From Candidatus Sericytochromatia bacterium (lineage in GTDB: Bacteria; Cyanobacteriota; Sericytochromatia; S15B-MN24; UBA4093): a stretch of 64,000 nt of DNA. The notes under the pieces are model-generated. The model ran no database searches. It was given only the letters and a program-made list of their open reading frames with translations, and was not told where the DNA came from. This document shows, piece after piece, positions 32,846 to 42,880 of this stretch. The stretch lies in assembly GCA_036676985.1 (NCBI GenBank), contig JAKFBU010000061.1:1-64000 (forward strand). Direction: 5' to 3'. Numbering within the stretch: the first letter of the stretch is position 1; every line of letters begins with the position of its first letter. The position numbers and the translations under genes were made by a program.

Positions 32846-33535
32846 TTACTGCGCCGGCTGCTGAGCAGCGCTGACCGCGGTCTTGAAGCTCACGGTGAAC
32901 GTCCCCACCGCCTGGATCGGGTACTGGTTGTCGTCGCGGCCGAAGAACGTCACCTCGCCGACGATGTTCTGGTTCCAGGGGTCCGGGTTCTGGCTGATGT
33001 TGGGGCTCGTCTCCGTGCCCAGGTTGCGGAACCCGTTGTCGATGCCGTAGCGGGTGACGGACTCCGAGATGGCCGGGATCTCGACCTCGCTGCTGCCGCC
33101 CGAGGTGCTGCCGCTCGAGCCGCCGTCGGTCGGGGTGCCGCCGCCGGTGCCGCCGGTCGTGCCCGACTGGCCGCCGCCGCGGGGGATGTAGAGGTTGAGG
33201 GAGAGGCGGCGCGAGGGGATGAGCAGCGAGTTGATGTCGGTGCCCGTCTGGTCCTTGAACTTGATGGTGTAGTCGGTGAAGAGCACGCCGGGCGTGATGT
33301 CGCCGGGATACGAGCTCATCTTGAACTTGACGTTGGTGTTCTCGTACTGGAAGCGTCCGTCATTGGGGTTGTAGGTGATGTCGGACGTGACGATCTGGGG
33401 CTCGGCAATCACCAGGATGCGAGCCTGGGGCAGGAACGGATTGCCGATGCGATAGGCGGCGCAACTCGAGGTCATCGTCAGCACTCCGGCCGCCAGGACG
33501 GATGCTCCCAACAGTCGACGGAAAGGGTGGCCCAT
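32846..33535 (-). CDS. Hypothetical lipoprotein with Gly/Ser/Thr-rich loop
   Basis: Signal peptide ending TSSC, RBS AGGAGG. Confidence 0.7.
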   Translation of the reverse strand: MGHPFRRLLGASVLAAGVLTMTSSCAAYRIGNPFLPQARILVIAEPQIVTSDITYNPNDGRFQYENTNVKFKMSSYPGDITPGVLFTDYTIKFKDQTGTDINSLLIPSRRLSLNLYIPRGGGQSGTTGGTGGGTPTDGGSSGSTSGGSSEVEIPAISESVTRYGIDNGFRNLGTETSPNISQNPDPWNQNIVGEVTFFGRDDNQYPIQAVGTFTVSFKTAVSAAQQPAQ

Positions 33536-33904
33536 GCCGCGTGTTTACCTCCTGTTCGAGCCGGGGCCAGAAGGCCCCGCGCGCTCGGCAAACGTTGTAG
33601 GGACCGATCTCCTTATTAGAAGGGCCTGGTCCGATCCCTTATACCCCGACCCCCGGTGCTTCTACCACTTCCAATTAAGCCGCATACAGCTCGTCGGCAT
33701 GGGTGATGAGCGTCACGATCAGGTCGTTTGTGGTTGGTGCAATCGTCACAATTCCGATCATGGCTGGATTTGCGGGATGTTGACGTTGTGATCCGACGTA
33801 CATACCGCGGACGCGGGGGGGTGATAGGGTAGCCTCATCAGCCAGTCAGACTACTGGTTTCGTGAGGAGATTCCCTCGCTGACTTGGAGAAAGGGATTGC
33901 AAGG

Positions 33905-34192
33905 ATGAGAAGACGCCCGGCCAACAAGAAACCCCCTGCCGATTACGTCGAGCCCCCCGCTCAGACGCCGGGCGCCGAGGAGGACGAGGTCTTCAATCAG
34001 CGGGCCACGTTCTATTTCTCCGAGGAGCAGCTGCTCGCGCTCGAGGTGGTCATGCTCAAGCTGCGCACCGAGCAGCGCATGAAGGTCGGCAAGTCCGAGA
34101 TCATGCGCGCGGCCCTCGATTTCATCCTCGAGGACTACAACCTGAACAAGAACAATTGCTGGCTCGTTCGACGTCTGAGCGGCAAGGCGTAG
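33905..34192 (+). CDS. Small ribbon-helix-helix-like DNA-binding protein
   Basis: RATFYFSEEQL..L.....L......VGKSEIMRAAL pattern. Confidence 0.6.
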   Translation: MRRRPANKKPPADYVEPPAQTPGAEEDEVFNQRATFYFSEEQLLALEVVMLKLRTEQRMKVGKSEIMRAALDFILEDYNLNKNNCWLVRRLSGKA

Positions 34193-34205
34193 CAATCCGT
34201 AACCC

Positions 34206-34234
34206 TTGCAAGCTTGATAGGCGCCCCTTATAAT
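34206..34234 (+). promoter_or_regulatory. Sigma70 promoter
   Basis: TTGCAA, 17-bp spacer, TATAAT. The -10 is flanked by a GCGCCC/GGGCGC dyad. Confidence 0.75.
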
Positions 34235-34317
34235 GGGCGCTCAAAACTTCGGCGCTTGTTACGACGCAAGGTGACCGCCGAATGCGACCTGAGACGATGA
34301 AAGGATTGGAGAAAGGC

Positions 34318-34554
34318 ATGATGAAGCGTTTTGCGCTCGCCGCTCTCGTGGCTGTTTCGCTGTTCAGCGTGACGGCTTGCGAAAAGGCCGAGGAGGGCAG
34401 CACCACCACGACCGAGACCGCGACCGAGTCGACCACCACGACCGAGACCGCGACCGGCGACCTGGGCACCCAGGGCACCGAGGGTGCGGCGACCGAGTCG
34501 ACCACCACGACCGAGACCGCGACCGAGTCGACGACCGAGGGCGCTGGCCACTAG
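34318..34554 (+). CDS. Small acidic Thr/Glu-rich lipoprotein with internal repeats
   Basis: Lipobox VTAC and repeated STTTTETAT. Has its own promoter and terminator. Confidence 0.8.
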   Translation: MMKRFALAALVAVSLFSVTACEKAEEGSTTTTETATESTTTTETATGDLGTQGTEGAATESTTTTETATESTTEGAGH

Positions 34555-34562
34555 GTTCTTTC

Positions 34563-34598
34563 GAAAAGGCGCCCCGGCTTCGGCCGGGGCGTTTTTTC
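34563..34598 (+). terminator. Intrinsic terminator
   Basis: CGCCCCGGC-TTCG-GCCGGGGCG followed by TTTTTT. Confidence 0.85.
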
Positions 34599-34645
34599 AT
34601 GGCCGGCTTGCCGGATCGGCACCCATGCCGTAGGCTACATGGCCT

Positions 34646-35719
34646 ATGAACGATCGATCGTATGCGGCTGGGTTTCTGAGCATCGAGGGCGTGGGCTCCA
34701 TCCGCTTGCGCCGCATGCGGGAGCGCTTCGGCAGCCTGGAAGCGGCATGGCGGGCTCCGTCGGGTGAGCTGAGCCAGGTGCACGGCATCGGCTCGGAGAT
34801 CGCCCAGGCGATCGCCGCCCAGCGCCCGGAGGTGGATCCGGAGCACGAGCTCGAGCGCCTGGAGCATGCGGGGGTGGGGCTGGTCTGTCACTGGGAGGAC
34901 GCCTATCCGGATCACCTGCGCGAGATCCCCGATGCGCCGGCCGTGCTGTTCGTGCGGGGGCGCATGCCGAGCTTCGAGCGGGCGGTGGCCATCGTGGGGA
35001 CGCGGGCGAGCACCGTGTACGGCAACCGGATGGCGCGGGCGATCGCCCGGGACCTCGCGGCCGCCGGGGTGGTCGTGGTGAGTGGCCTGGCCCGGGGCAT
35101 CGACACGGTAGCCCACCTGGGGGCGTTGGAGGCGGGGCAGACCGTGGCGGTCCTGGGCTCGTCGCTCGACAAGGTCTATCCCCAGCAGAACGTGGAGTTG
35201 GCCGGTCGGATCGCCGAGCGGGGTGCCGTCCTCTCGGAGTATTCGCTGGGGACGGAGCCGGCGCCCGGTCAGTTCCCGGCTCGCAACCGGATCGTCTCCG
35301 GGCTGTGTCAGGCGGTAGTCGTGGTGGAGGCCAAGGAGCGATCCGGGGCCTTGATAACAGCGGACATGGCGCTGGATCAGAACCGCGAGGTCATGGCCGT
35401 GCCGGGCCCGGCGGACTCCCGGCACTCGCGTGGGCCGCACCGGCTCATCCAGCAGGGGGCGAAGCTCATCGTCTCGGCGGAGGACATCCTGGACGAGCTG
35501 GGGTGGGGCCGCCCACCGGCCAAGAAGGAAGCCGCAGCGCCGGTGCTCGCGCCGGACGAGGCCCGGGTCTACGAGGCCATCGAGGCGGAGCCCACGACCC
35601 TCGAGCGCATTGCTTTCAAGAGTGGGCTCTCGCCGCAGGTCATCAACAGCATTCTCCTGGTGCTCGAGCTGCGTGCCCTGGTCACTCAGCTCCCCGGGCG
35701 TCTCTATGTTCGCCATTAG
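34646..35719 (+). CDS. dprA: DNA-protecting protein DprA
   Basis: VAIVGTR, VVSGLARGID, FPARNRIVSGL and SGALITA motifs. Confidence 0.95.
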   Translation: MNDRSYAAGFLSIEGVGSIRLRRMRERFGSLEAAWRAPSGELSQVHGIGSEIAQAIAAQRPEVDPEHELERLEHAGVGLVCHWEDAYPDHLREIPDAPAVLFVRGRMPSFERAVAIVGTRASTVYGNRMARAIARDLAAAGVVVVSGLARGIDTVAHLGALEAGQTVAVLGSSLDKVYPQQNVELAGRIAERGAVLSEYSLGTEPAPGQFPARNRIVSGLCQAVVVVEAKERSGALITADMALDQNREVMAVPGPADSRHSRGPHRLIQQGAKLIVSAEDILDELGWGRPPAKKEAAAPVLAPDEARVYEAIEAEPTTLERIAFKSGLSPQVINSILLVLELRALVTQLPGRLYVRH

Positions 35720-36295
35720 GTCTGCTTACTGACCGAATGGCAGACTTGCTTACGGGGTATATTTAGGTGGTAGAGCCGGCTGCTGGTTGAGAGAGACCCC
35801 CGATGCTTCGTCCCCGTCCCGTCCTTGCCATTCTCATGGCCATAATGCTTGCCGCCGTTGCGGGCTGCTCTGACTACATGGACAATGAACCGCCATCGGT
35901 GCCCCGGAAGCCGACTCCTTCGCCCTCCGGTTTGGGTGGCGTCATCCAGTAGCCCACTTTCTCGAGAAGACGAACGCCTTCCGCACGTCGTTCTGCCGGC
36001 CTCCGAAGTGCGCCGTCAGGTCGAAGCGTGGGAGGTTCGCGGCATGGCGACCTCCCGCGGAAAAAACGCTCCGCCATCGTGGCTGCAAGATGTTCGGCCG
36101 AGGGTTCACCGCATGCCGCAACCGGAGCAAGCGAGGTAGAACTCCGACCGGAGGCAGCAAAAATGTGTGATAGAGTGAGGGGTGGCCCGTGCCGGGGGCA
36201 ACTTTGCGTTGTCGTCGCAGCGGGCATTAGCACAGCGAAGGTCGGGACTTCTTGCGCCGAGTGGCGCCCTTTACCCGGACCGAAAGGTGGTTTGC

Positions 36296-38467
36296 GTGTC
36301 GAAATCGTTGGTGATCGTCGAAAGCCCGGCAAAGGCCAAGACCATTGGAAAGATCCTGGGCAAGGACTTCCAGGTCAAGGCATCGGCCGGCCACATCCGT
36401 GACCTCCCCAAGAAGGGGCTGGGCGTGGACGTGAAGAAGAACTTTGCTCCGCAGTACGAGGTGCTCGCCGAGAAGTCCAAGGTCGTGCAGGAGCTGCACG
36501 AGGCGGCCGAGTCGGCGGACCACGTCTTCCTCGCGCCCGACCCGGACCGCGAGGGAGAGGCGATCGCCTGGCACCTGTCCACCATCCTGGAAGACCTCAA
36601 GAAGCCGATGCAGCGCATCGAGTTCAACGAGATCACCAAGGACGCCATCCTCCGGGCCGTCAAGCACCCGCGCGACATCGACCTCAACCGGGTCAACGCC
36701 CAGCAGGCGCGCCGCGTCCTGGACCGCCTGGTCGGCTACAAGATCTCGCCCCTGCTCTGGCAGAAGGTGCGCCGCGGCCTGTCCGCGGGCCGCGTGCAGA
36801 GCGTGGCCGTCCGCCTCATCTGCGATCGCGAGGCCGAGGTCCAGGCGTTCGTCCCCAAGGAGTACTGGACCGTCACGGCGGATCTGCTCAAGGGCAGCGC
36901 CAAGACCCCGTTTGCCGCGGAGCTCGTCCGCTGGAACGGCAAGAAGCCCGACATCGACTCGGAGACGGCCGCCACGACCATCGTCACGGCCCTCAAGGCC
37001 GCCGAGTACAAGGTCACCAAGGTCCAGACCAAGGAGCAGAAGCGCCAGCCGTCGGCTCCCTTCATCACCAGTAGTCTTCAGCAAGAGGCGTCGCGCCGCT
37101 ACGGCTTCACCGTCAAGCGCACCATGACCCTCGCGCAGCAGCTCTACGAAGGCATCGAGCTCGGCTCCGAGGGTCCCGTCGGTCTCATCACCTACATGCG
37201 TACCGACTCGGTGCGCATCGCCGACGAGGCCTGGGAGGAGGCGCGCGACTTCATCTCGCAGCGCTACGGCAAGGACTACCTGCCGCCCCAGCGCCGGACC
37301 TACGCCTCCAAGAAGGGCGCGCAGGAGGCCCACGAAGCCATCCGCCCGACCTCGATCCAGCGCACGCCGGAGTCCGTGAAGGGCCACCTGACGCCCGATC
37401 AGTTCAAGCTGTACCGAGTCATCTGGGAGCGCTTCGCGGCGAGCCAGATGGCCAACGCCACGCTCGCGGTGCTCTCCATCGACATCACGGCCGGTGACGG
37501 CGTCTTCCGCGCCACCGACACCAAGGTCGTCTTCGCCGGCTTCCAGGCCGTCTACATGGACACCCCGGAGGAGGACTCCGAGGAGGCCAAGGCCGCCGCC
37601 AAGAAGCCCGCGAAGCTCCCCGAGCTCGCCGAGGGCGATGCCCTCAAGCTCAAGGAGCTGCACCCCAAGCAGCACTTCACGCAGCCGCCGCCGCGCTTCA
37701 CCGAGGCGACGCTCGTCAAGACCATGGAAGAGAAGGGCATCGGTCGCCCGTCGACGTACGCCCCGACCATCGCGACCATCCAGGATCGCGGCTACGTCGA
37801 GAAGGACGGTCGCGCCCTCAAGCCGACCGAGCTCGGCATCCAGGTCAACGATCAGCTGATCAAGCACTTCCCGAACATCGTGGACGTGGGCTTCACCGCC
37901 GACATGGAGGACAAGCTCGACACCATCGAGACCGGGGAGAACGAGTGGCAGAAGCTGCTCAAGAACTTCTACGATCCCTTCGCCGAGACCCTCAAGATCG
38001 CGGCCAAGGAGATGAAGCCCGTCGCCATCCCCTCCGGTGAGAACTGCGAGGCGTGCGGCGCCGAGATGCTCATCAAGAGCGGTCGGTTCGGCGAGTTCAT
38101 GGCCTGCTCCAAGTACCCCGAGTGCAAGACCACCAAGCCGATCATCAAGAAGACGGGCGTGGGCTGCAAGACGCCGGGCTGCGAGGGCGACGTCATCATC
38201 AAGCGCACGCGCACGGGCAAGACCTTCTACGGCTGCTCGCGCTACCCCGAGTGCTCGTTCACGTCGTGGGACCTGCCGACCGACACCCACTGCGCCAAGT
38301 GCGGCACGTGGATGGTGGTCAAGCGTTCCAAGGCGGGCCGTAGCTTCCTCCTCTGCAAGAACGAGGAGTGCAAGAACATCCAGAACGTTCCCAAGAAGGC
38401 CAAGGAAGAGGGTGCTGCCTCCGAAGGCGCCGAGGGCGCTGGCGACAAGGAGCCGATGGAGGCCTAG
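36296..38467 (+). CDS. topA: DNA topoisomerase I
   Basis: LVIVESPAKAKTI, DPDREGE, SAGRVQS, ITYMRTDS and C-terminal zinc ribbons. GTG start after AAGGTGG. Confidence 0.97.
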   Translation: MSKSLVIVESPAKAKTIGKILGKDFQVKASAGHIRDLPKKGLGVDVKKNFAPQYEVLAEKSKVVQELHEAAESADHVFLAPDPDREGEAIAWHLSTILEDLKKPMQRIEFNEITKDAILRAVKHPRDIDLNRVNAQQARRVLDRLVGYKISPLLWQKVRRGLSAGRVQSVAVRLICDREAEVQAFVPKEYWTVTADLLKGSAKTPFAAELVRWNGKKPDIDSETAATTIVTALKAAEYKVTKVQTKEQKRQPSAPFITSSLQQEASRRYGFTVKRTMTLAQQLYEGIELGSEGPVGLITYMRTDSVRIADEAWEEARDFISQRYGKDYLPPQRRTYASKKGAQEAHEAIRPTSIQRTPESVKGHLTPDQFKLYRVIWERFAASQMANATLAVLSIDITAGDGVFRATDTKVVFAGFQAVYMDTPEEDSEEAKAAAKKPAKLPELAEGDALKLKELHPKQHFTQPPPRFTEATLVKTMEEKGIGRPSTYAPTIATIQDRGYVEKDGRALKPTELGIQVNDQLIKHFPNIVDVGFTADMEDKLDTIETGENEWQKLLKNFYDPFAETLKIAAKEMKPVAIPSGENCEACGAEMLIKSGRFGEFMACSKYPECKTTKPIIKKTGVGCKTPGCEGDVIIKRTRTGKTFYGCSRYPECSFTSWDLPTDTHCAKCGTWMVVKRSKAGRSFLLCKNEECKNIQNVPKKAKEEGAASEGAEGAGDKEPMEA

Positions 38468-38477
38468 GGGAGCTGTC

Positions 38478-39809
38478 ATGGCGTTACAAGCAAAGGTGAT
38501 CGGGGGCGGTCTCGCAGGGTCCGAGGCCGCCTGGCAGCTCGCGCGTCAGGGCGTCTCGGTGACGCTGCACGAGATGCGCCCGGTCCGTCCCACCCAGGCC
38601 CACCACACCGACCGGCTGGGCGAGCTCGTGTGCTCGAACTCCCTCGGGGCCTTCGGCGAGGGTAGCGCGTCGGGCCTGCTCAAGGCCGAGATGCGCCAGA
38701 TGGACTCCTTGATCCTGAAGGCGGCCGCGCATGCCTCGGTGCCCGCGGGCGGCGCGCTCGCGGTGGACCGCGACCTGTTCGCGGGCTACATCACCGAGCG
38801 GATCGAGTCCCATCCCCTCATCACCCTGGCGCGGGAAGAGGTGACGAGCCTCGACCCCGAAGAACCCACGATCATCGCCACGGGCCCCCTGACCTCTCCG
38901 GCCCTCTCCGAGGCCATTCAGCGCCACACGGGCGTGGAGCACCTGCATTTCTACGATGCGGCGGCTCCCATCGTGACGCTCGAGAGCCTGGACATGGACA
39001 AGATCTTCAAGGCCGCGCGCTACGACAAGGGCGAGGGCGTCTACCTCAACTGCCCCATGACCAAGGACGAGTACGAGGCCTTCTGGAACGAGCTCGTGAA
39101 GGCCGAGGGTGCGGTCCTGCACCTGGGCGACGCCGAGAAGATGAACTTCTTCGAGGGCTGCCTCGCGGTCGAGGTGCTCGCCCGGCGCGGCATCGAGACC
39201 CTGCGCTTCGGTCCCATGAAGCCCGTGGGCCTCACGGATCCCAAGACGGGCCGCTGGCCGTACGCGGTGGTGCAGCTGCGCCAGGACAACGTGGCGGGCG
39301 ACCTCTACAACCTGGTGGGCTTCCAGACGCAGCTCAAGTGGGGCGAGCAGAAGCGCGTCTTCCGCATGATCCCGGGCCTCGAGGAGGCCGAGTTCGTCCG
39401 GCTGGGCGTCATGCACCGCAACACGTACCTGGCGAGCCCCTGCTTCCTGCAGCCGACGCTGCAATGGCGCGAGCACCCGCGCTGGTTCGCGGCGGGCTGC
39501 CTGGTCGGCGTCGAGGGCTACACGGAGTCGGCGGCCTCGGGTGGCCTGGCGGGTCTCAACCTGGCGCGGGTCCTGAAGGGCGAAGCCCCCATGGAGCTGC
39601 CGCGCACGACCATGCTGGGCAGCCTCATGCACTACGTGTCCAACGCGGACCCCAAGCACTTCCAGCCCATGAACTCCAACTGGGGCATCATCGAGTCCCT
39701 GGAGGGCCCGAAGATCCGGGACAAGAAGGAGCGTCACCTCAAGCAGTGGGAGCGGGCCGTGGCGGACTTCGCCCGCGCCCTGGGCCCGGCGCTCGCGACG
39801 GCCGAGTAA
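38478..39809 (+). CDS. trmFO: tRNA (uracil-54) methyltransferase TrmFO
   Basis: IGGGLAGSEAAWQ, ELVCSNS, FGPMKPVGL and VEGYTESAA motifs. Confidence 0.95.
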   Translation: MALQAKVIGGGLAGSEAAWQLARQGVSVTLHEMRPVRPTQAHHTDRLGELVCSNSLGAFGEGSASGLLKAEMRQMDSLILKAAAHASVPAGGALAVDRDLFAGYITERIESHPLITLAREEVTSLDPEEPTIIATGPLTSPALSEAIQRHTGVEHLHFYDAAAPIVTLESLDMDKIFKAARYDKGEGVYLNCPMTKDEYEAFWNELVKAEGAVLHLGDAEKMNFFEGCLAVEVLARRGIETLRFGPMKPVGLTDPKTGRWPYAVVQLRQDNVAGDLYNLVGFQTQLKWGEQKRVFRMIPGLEEAEFVRLGVMHRNTYLASPCFLQPTLQWREHPRWFAAGCLVGVEGYTESAASGGLAGLNLARVLKGEAPMELPRTTMLGSLMHYVSNADPKHFQPMNSNWGIIESLEGPKIRDKKERHLKQWERAVADFARALGPALATAE

Positions 39810-39818
39810 TCGAACGGC

Positions 39819-39854
39819 GCAAGGCCCCTCTCCTTGCAGGGAGAGGGGCCTTGC
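39819..39854 (+). terminator. Hairpin terminator after trmFO
   Basis: GCAAGGCCCCTCTCC/GGAGAGGGGCCTTGC. Confidence 0.7.
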
Positions 39855-39871
39855 TTCATGACGTCGTTACT

Positions 39872-39982
39872 CTGGACCCCCGCTTTCGCGAGGGTGACGG
39901 AGCGCCGACTTGCCGCTCAAGGTGGCTCTCTATCAAGTCCCGAAAGACCGCTCCCGTCATTCCCGCGCAAGCGGGAATCCAG
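39872..39982. repeat. REP doublet, copy 2
   Basis: CTGGACCCCCGC..GTGACGGAGCG ... CGCTCCCGTCATTCCCGC..GCGGGAATCCAG. Confidence 0.85.
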
Positions 39983-40009
39983 GGCTGCGACTCGGCGGCC
40001 CCTGAGGGA

Positions 40010-40525
40010 CTAAGAACGCTTGGTCTTGCTCTTGGCGGCCGGCACCGTCTTCGTCCGCTCGGCCTCGGCCCGGATGGGGACCATGGTCGCCACGCAGCGC
40101 ACCCCGCGCTTGACCTCGCCGTGCAGGGGCGGCGTAGCGGCGGCGAGCTTCACGGGGTCCAGCAGGCTGAACTCCTTGCCGTCCAGGGCCTTGCAGCGCT
40201 TGCAGTGCGCCTGCTTGACCTGGAACCGGGCGCCGGTGATCTGCCCCTTCTGCTCGTAGAAGCCCGTCACCATGTTCCGCATGTCGAGCAGCACGCTGTA
40301 CTGCTCGACGTTACCCGATAGCCGCTTGTCGACCAGCCCGATGTAGCGCTTCTTGGCCTGGTCGACCTGCTTGGGGTCGAGCTTCTTGGTGCCGACCTTG
40401 CCGCCGGACCCCCGGAACAGCAGCACCAGGAAGAGGACGGCGGCGAGCGCGCCGCCCACCAGCAGGGGCATGGAGGCGGTCGTGGCCGGCGAGGTGGCGG
40501 GAGCGGTGTGGGTGGTGGTCGGCAT
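40010..40525 (-). CDS. Membrane-anchored protein with a MuF-like Cys/His motif
   Basis: N-terminal TM segment, C..C..LDGK.F...PPLH...RC. RBS GAAGGAG. Confidence 0.65.
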   Translation of the reverse strand: MPTTTHTAPATSPATTASMPLLVGGALAAVLFLVLLFRGSGGKVGTKKLDPKQVDQAKKRYIGLVDKRLSGNVEQYSVLLDMRNMVTGFYEQKGQITGARFQVKQAHCKRCKALDGKEFSLLDPVKLAAATPPLHGEVKRGVRCVATMVPIRAEAERTKTVPAAKSKTKRS

Positions 40526-40716
40526 GCGATCTCCTTCGAACGTATGCATCTTACCCGGATCGCCTCCGAGAACTACCGGCGCATGCTCCACGAACGGCCG
40601 GTCTTGAGCTAGGATAGGAGATGACCGTTTGAAACGGTTTCTACGAGCCACGTCGAGCGGGCCCATGGGCCCGCGAAGTGCGTCGGGAGTTCGTCCGCCG
40701 TCCAGAGAGGGCCTGC

Positions 40717-41355
40717 ATGAAAGTCGGTTTCTATTCGCCGCCGTTCCACCACGGATGGATCGAAGTCATCTGCGGGTCCATGTACTGCGGCAAGACCGAG
40801 GAGCTGATCCGGCGCGTGCGGCGCGCCGAAATCGCCAAGCAGCGGGTCCAGGTCTTCAAGCCCATCATCGACACGCGTTACGCGCCCGAGGACGTCTCGA
40901 GCCATGCGGGCGGGCGAGTCCGGGCCGTACGGGCCACCGGCGCCGAGGAGATCTGGCGCGCCACCGAGGAGTCGACCCAGGTAGTGGCCATCGACGAGGT
41001 TCAATTCTTCGATGACAACGTGGTGGACGTGTGCCAGGAGCTCGCCAACTCGGGCAAGCGGGTCATCTGCTCGGGGCTGGATCTGGACTTCCGCGGCGAG
41101 CCCTTCGGGGTGATGCCGCGGCTCTTGGCGATCGCCGAGTCGGTCGAGAAGCTGACGGCCATCTGCGTGAAGTGCGGGGCTCCGGCCACCCGCAGCCAGC
41201 GCCTCCTCAACGGTGAGCCCGCCGAGTGGGACGACCCGGTCATCCAGGTGGGGGCTCATGATGCCTACGAGCCGCGCTGCCGGGCCTGTCACGTGGTGCC
41301 CGTGAACCCGGGCCGGGTGACGCAACTGCCCTTGCCGAGCGGGCAGAGCGTCTAA
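40717..41355 (+). CDS. tdk: Thymidine kinase
   Basis: [28 protein letters not shown] and YEPRCR.C motifs. Confidence 0.95.
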   Translation: MKVGFYSPPFHHGWIEVICGSMYCGKTEELIRRVRRAEIAKQRVQVFKPIIDTRYAPEDVSSHAGGRVRAVRATGAEEIWRATEESTQVVAIDEVQFFDDNVVDVCQELANSGKRVICSGLDLDFRGEPFGVMPRLLAIAESVEKLTAICVKCGAPATRSQRLLNGEPAEWDDPVIQVGAHDAYEPRCRACHVVPVNPGRVTQLPLPSGQSV

Positions 41356-41360
41356 GGAGT

Positions 41361-41747
41361 CCGTTTGTCTTTCGACCAGGCTCAAGACAAACGGGATTGT
41401 TGTGGGGGGGCACGCTCATGGGCGTGCTCTCTTAGTCTTCATGCACTGGAGGAACCGCTCGCACTTCGAGGGCCTCAGCACGAACGGATGGTTGTGGGAG
41501 GCTCGAGTCAAAGCCCCCTTTAGCTGTTGATGGCCCCTTGAGCTGTTGAGGCCCCCTAAAGGTCAACAACAATCCCGTTCACCCTGAGGTTCTCGAAGGG
41601 CGAACGGTTCCTCATGTGTATGACGATGAGTCCGAGTGGCGATTCCTTGGATAGGGTAGCCACCCTTTGAGACCCACAACAATCCCGTTCGTCTTGAGCC
41701 CGGTCGAAAGCCTGTCCTGAGCCTGTCGAAGGGGCGAACGGTTCCTC
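41361..41747. repeat. Cluster of a third REP family (CCGTTCG..CTTCGA...CTCAG...GAACGGGATTGTTGT), two direct and two inverted copies
   Basis: Units start at about 41361, 41451, 41564 (inverted) and 41673 (inverted). Confidence 0.75.
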
Positions 41748-42880
41748 TACGCCACCCACAGCCCCCAGGCCATCTTCAGCGAGTACGCGAGAAGTGCGAG
41801 CGCGAACACGGCCATGACCGCGTAGCCCACGCGCGGCCGCCGCTCGAGCGTGAGCCCCAGCGCGAGCGTCACGGGCAGGGCCCCGTAGACGTAGCGATCC
41901 GGCGACGCGAAGCTCCCCGAGGCCACGATCAGGCCCATGCTCAGGAGACCGAAGGCTAGCACCGACGGCGTTAGCCGCCGGCGCCCCGCCACCAGCAGGG
42001 CGATGCCGCCCACGATCATGACCGCCTTGACCACGCCGTTCTCGGGCGCGGGCCCCGTCGCTCCGAAGCTCAAGAGGTTCAGCCACTCCCGCCCGTTCAC
42101 CCCGATGCTCGAGTGCCAGCCGGACTGCGCCTTGAGGAACGCCAGCGGCTCCTCGAACCGATACGCCAGGTAGCCCACGTAGGCCGCGAGGCCCGTGCCG
42201 GCTGCCACCGCCGCGCCGTAAGCCCTGAGCCCCAGCCGCTCGCGAAACGCCGCCCAAAGTAGCGCGGGGGCGAGCAGGACGCCCTGGATGCGCGTCGCAG
42301 CGGCCAGCCCCCCGAAGAGGGCGGCCAGGCCATAGCGACCGCGGTCGAAGGCCGCGAGCGTCGCCCCACTCAACAAGAGGAACAGCCCCTCGGTGTAGAT
42401 GACGGTGCCGAAGACCGAGTAGGGGCACCAGGCCAGGATCGCGGAGGTCCAGCAGGCCGCCCGCGCGCCGTACCGGCCCAGCACCCAGCGATGGAACAGC
42501 ACCACCGCCGCCATGAAGGAGAGGTTGGCCACCAGTGCCCCGGCCGCTCCAAAGGGCAGCCCCAGGTGCATGAGGCCCCGGATGAGGAGGGGGAAGAGCG
42601 GGAAGAAGGCCACCGAGTGCTGCCGGCCGTCCGGGGCGAACTCGTAGCCCGAGCGGGCGATCGCCTCGTACCACCCCGAGTCCCAGCGCGCGAACAGTCC
42701 CCAATCGAGCGTGACGGCGTGGCCCCCGGGAGGCAGGGGCAGAGCCGGGGCCACGAGCCCCATGGCCACGAGGATCAAGAGGCGGCTGATACCCCACATG
42801 GCGAGGGGAAAGCCCCACGCAAGCCAGGTCGAGGGCCGGGAGGAGGCGGTGGCGGCGGGCGCGAGCGTGGCGGGAATCAA
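41747..42880 (-). CDS. GT-C membrane glycosyltransferase (PIG-V/mannosyltransferase-like)
   Basis: RWDSGWY..IA..GY, AFFPLFP, YTEGLF and ATR..G motifs. TTG start overlaps the upstream TGA. Confidence 0.85.
   Translation of the reverse strand: MIPATLAPAATASSRPSTWLAWGFPLAMWGISRLLILVAMGLVAPALPLPPGGHAVTLDWGLFARWDSGWYEAIARSGYEFAPDGRQHSVAFFPLFPLLIRGLMHLGLPFGAAGALVANLSFMAAVVLFHRWVLGRYGARAACWTSAILAWCPYSVFGTVIYTEGLFLLLSGATLAAFDRGRYGLAALFGGLAAATRIQGVLLAPALLWAAFRERLGLRAYGAAVAAGTGLAAYVGYLAYRFEEPLAFLKAQSGWHSSIGVNGREWLNLLSFGATGPAPENGVVKAVMIVGGIALLVAGRRRLTPSVLAFGLLSMGLIVASGSFASPDRYVYGALPVTLALGLTLERRPRVGYAVMAVFALALLAYSLKMAWGLWVA

Noticed and set aside
35720-36295. Long dprA-topA intergenic region as a hidden gene or ncRNA
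   Set aside because: The ORFs there lack coding bias or motifs, and I found no convincing structure.
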